Source: a virus | Length of the DNA stretch: 64,000 bases | IMG/VR virus record: IMGVR_UViG_3300037722_000745 | Location: 229,116-293,115 of that record | Direction: 5' to 3' (one strand) | Shown: piece after piece, positions 63,791 to 64,000 of the stretch | How the letters are laid out: each line of letters starts with the position of its first letter | Position numbering within the stretch: the stretch's first letter is position 1 | The notes under the pieces: generated by a model | Told to the model about the DNA's origin: nothing | Seen by the model: only the letters and a program-made list of their open reading frames with translations | The model's database searches: none | Program-made: the position numbers and the translations under genes

Positions 63791-64000
63791 CAGCGTTGTG
63801 ATCACGGTCATGCTCTACACCGCAATCCTGACACTGCCAATTACGCTCGGACAGCTCAAGATGCGGCTTGATGCAGCCGCACTCGGAACACGTCTTAGAG
63901 CTAGGGAACCAGCGGTCTGCTACCACGACTTGAGAGCCGTTCAAGGCAGCCTTGTATTCAAGCTGCCTTCTAAACTCGTGCATCCCGACATCCGAGATAG
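63663..64000 (-). CDS. tnpB: TnpB RNA-guided endonuclease, C-terminal part (IS607/IS605-like)
   Basis: EFRRQLEYKA...FPSSKTCSECG...WQCQDCG.EHDRDHNAAKN. Confidence 0.93.
   Translation of the reverse strand, partial: ISDVGMHEFRRQLEYKAALNGSQVVVADRWFPSSKTCSECGCIKPHLELSERNWQCQDCGVEHDRDHNAAKNLKMLAESTSVTACGENVSPGATAAWLSSWKQELGKPCAA

Noticed and set aside
1..64000. Stop-codon reassignment as in some huge phages
   Set aside because: Long genes are open in the standard code, all three stops terminate genes, and no suppressor tRNA was seen.

Overview
A 64-kb segment of a high-GC, very large (jumbo/huge) bacteriophage genome. It has no rRNA and no core host operons, and it looks Biggiephage-like because it carries Cas12j/CasPhi-style repeats. 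Layout: (1-6.5 kb, minus) a ubiquitin-like conjugation cluster of TROVE/Ro60-like vWA protein, GIY-YIG homing endonuclease, E2-like protein, JAB protease, Ubl and ThiF/E1. (6.6-19 kb, minus) a large tRNA operon with about 33 intact tRNAs covering every amino acid except Val, many tRNA fragments, tmRNA, a 6S-like RNA, a leader-peptide/terminator head and an orphan 4-repeat CRISPR array. (19-39 kb) DNA methyltransferases, one holding an intein and a nested antisense endonuclease, plus two sigma-like genes, a possible origin, a GHKL ATPase, phosphatases and an MTase-SNF2 fusion. (39-47 kb) tail fibre/receptor-binding genes. (47-64 kb) nucleotide metabolism, ligase-like, ParB-like, Fic, protease and small early genes, ending in a TnpB. 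The most striking signal is at least 12 solitary 36-nt type V-like CRISPR repeats of two structural families scattered through the genome. Where the native context can be reconstructed, the repeat sits exactly where a 5' TTC/TBN PAM would be: three times at the tRNA T-loop, once at the 3' end of tRNA-fMet, and once in frame inside a protein gene. This suggests PAM-replacement scars from recombination with CRISPR arrays and/or repeat-mimic (Racr-like) RNAs. No cas gene is present in the window. All protein calls come from motif reading only, not database searches.
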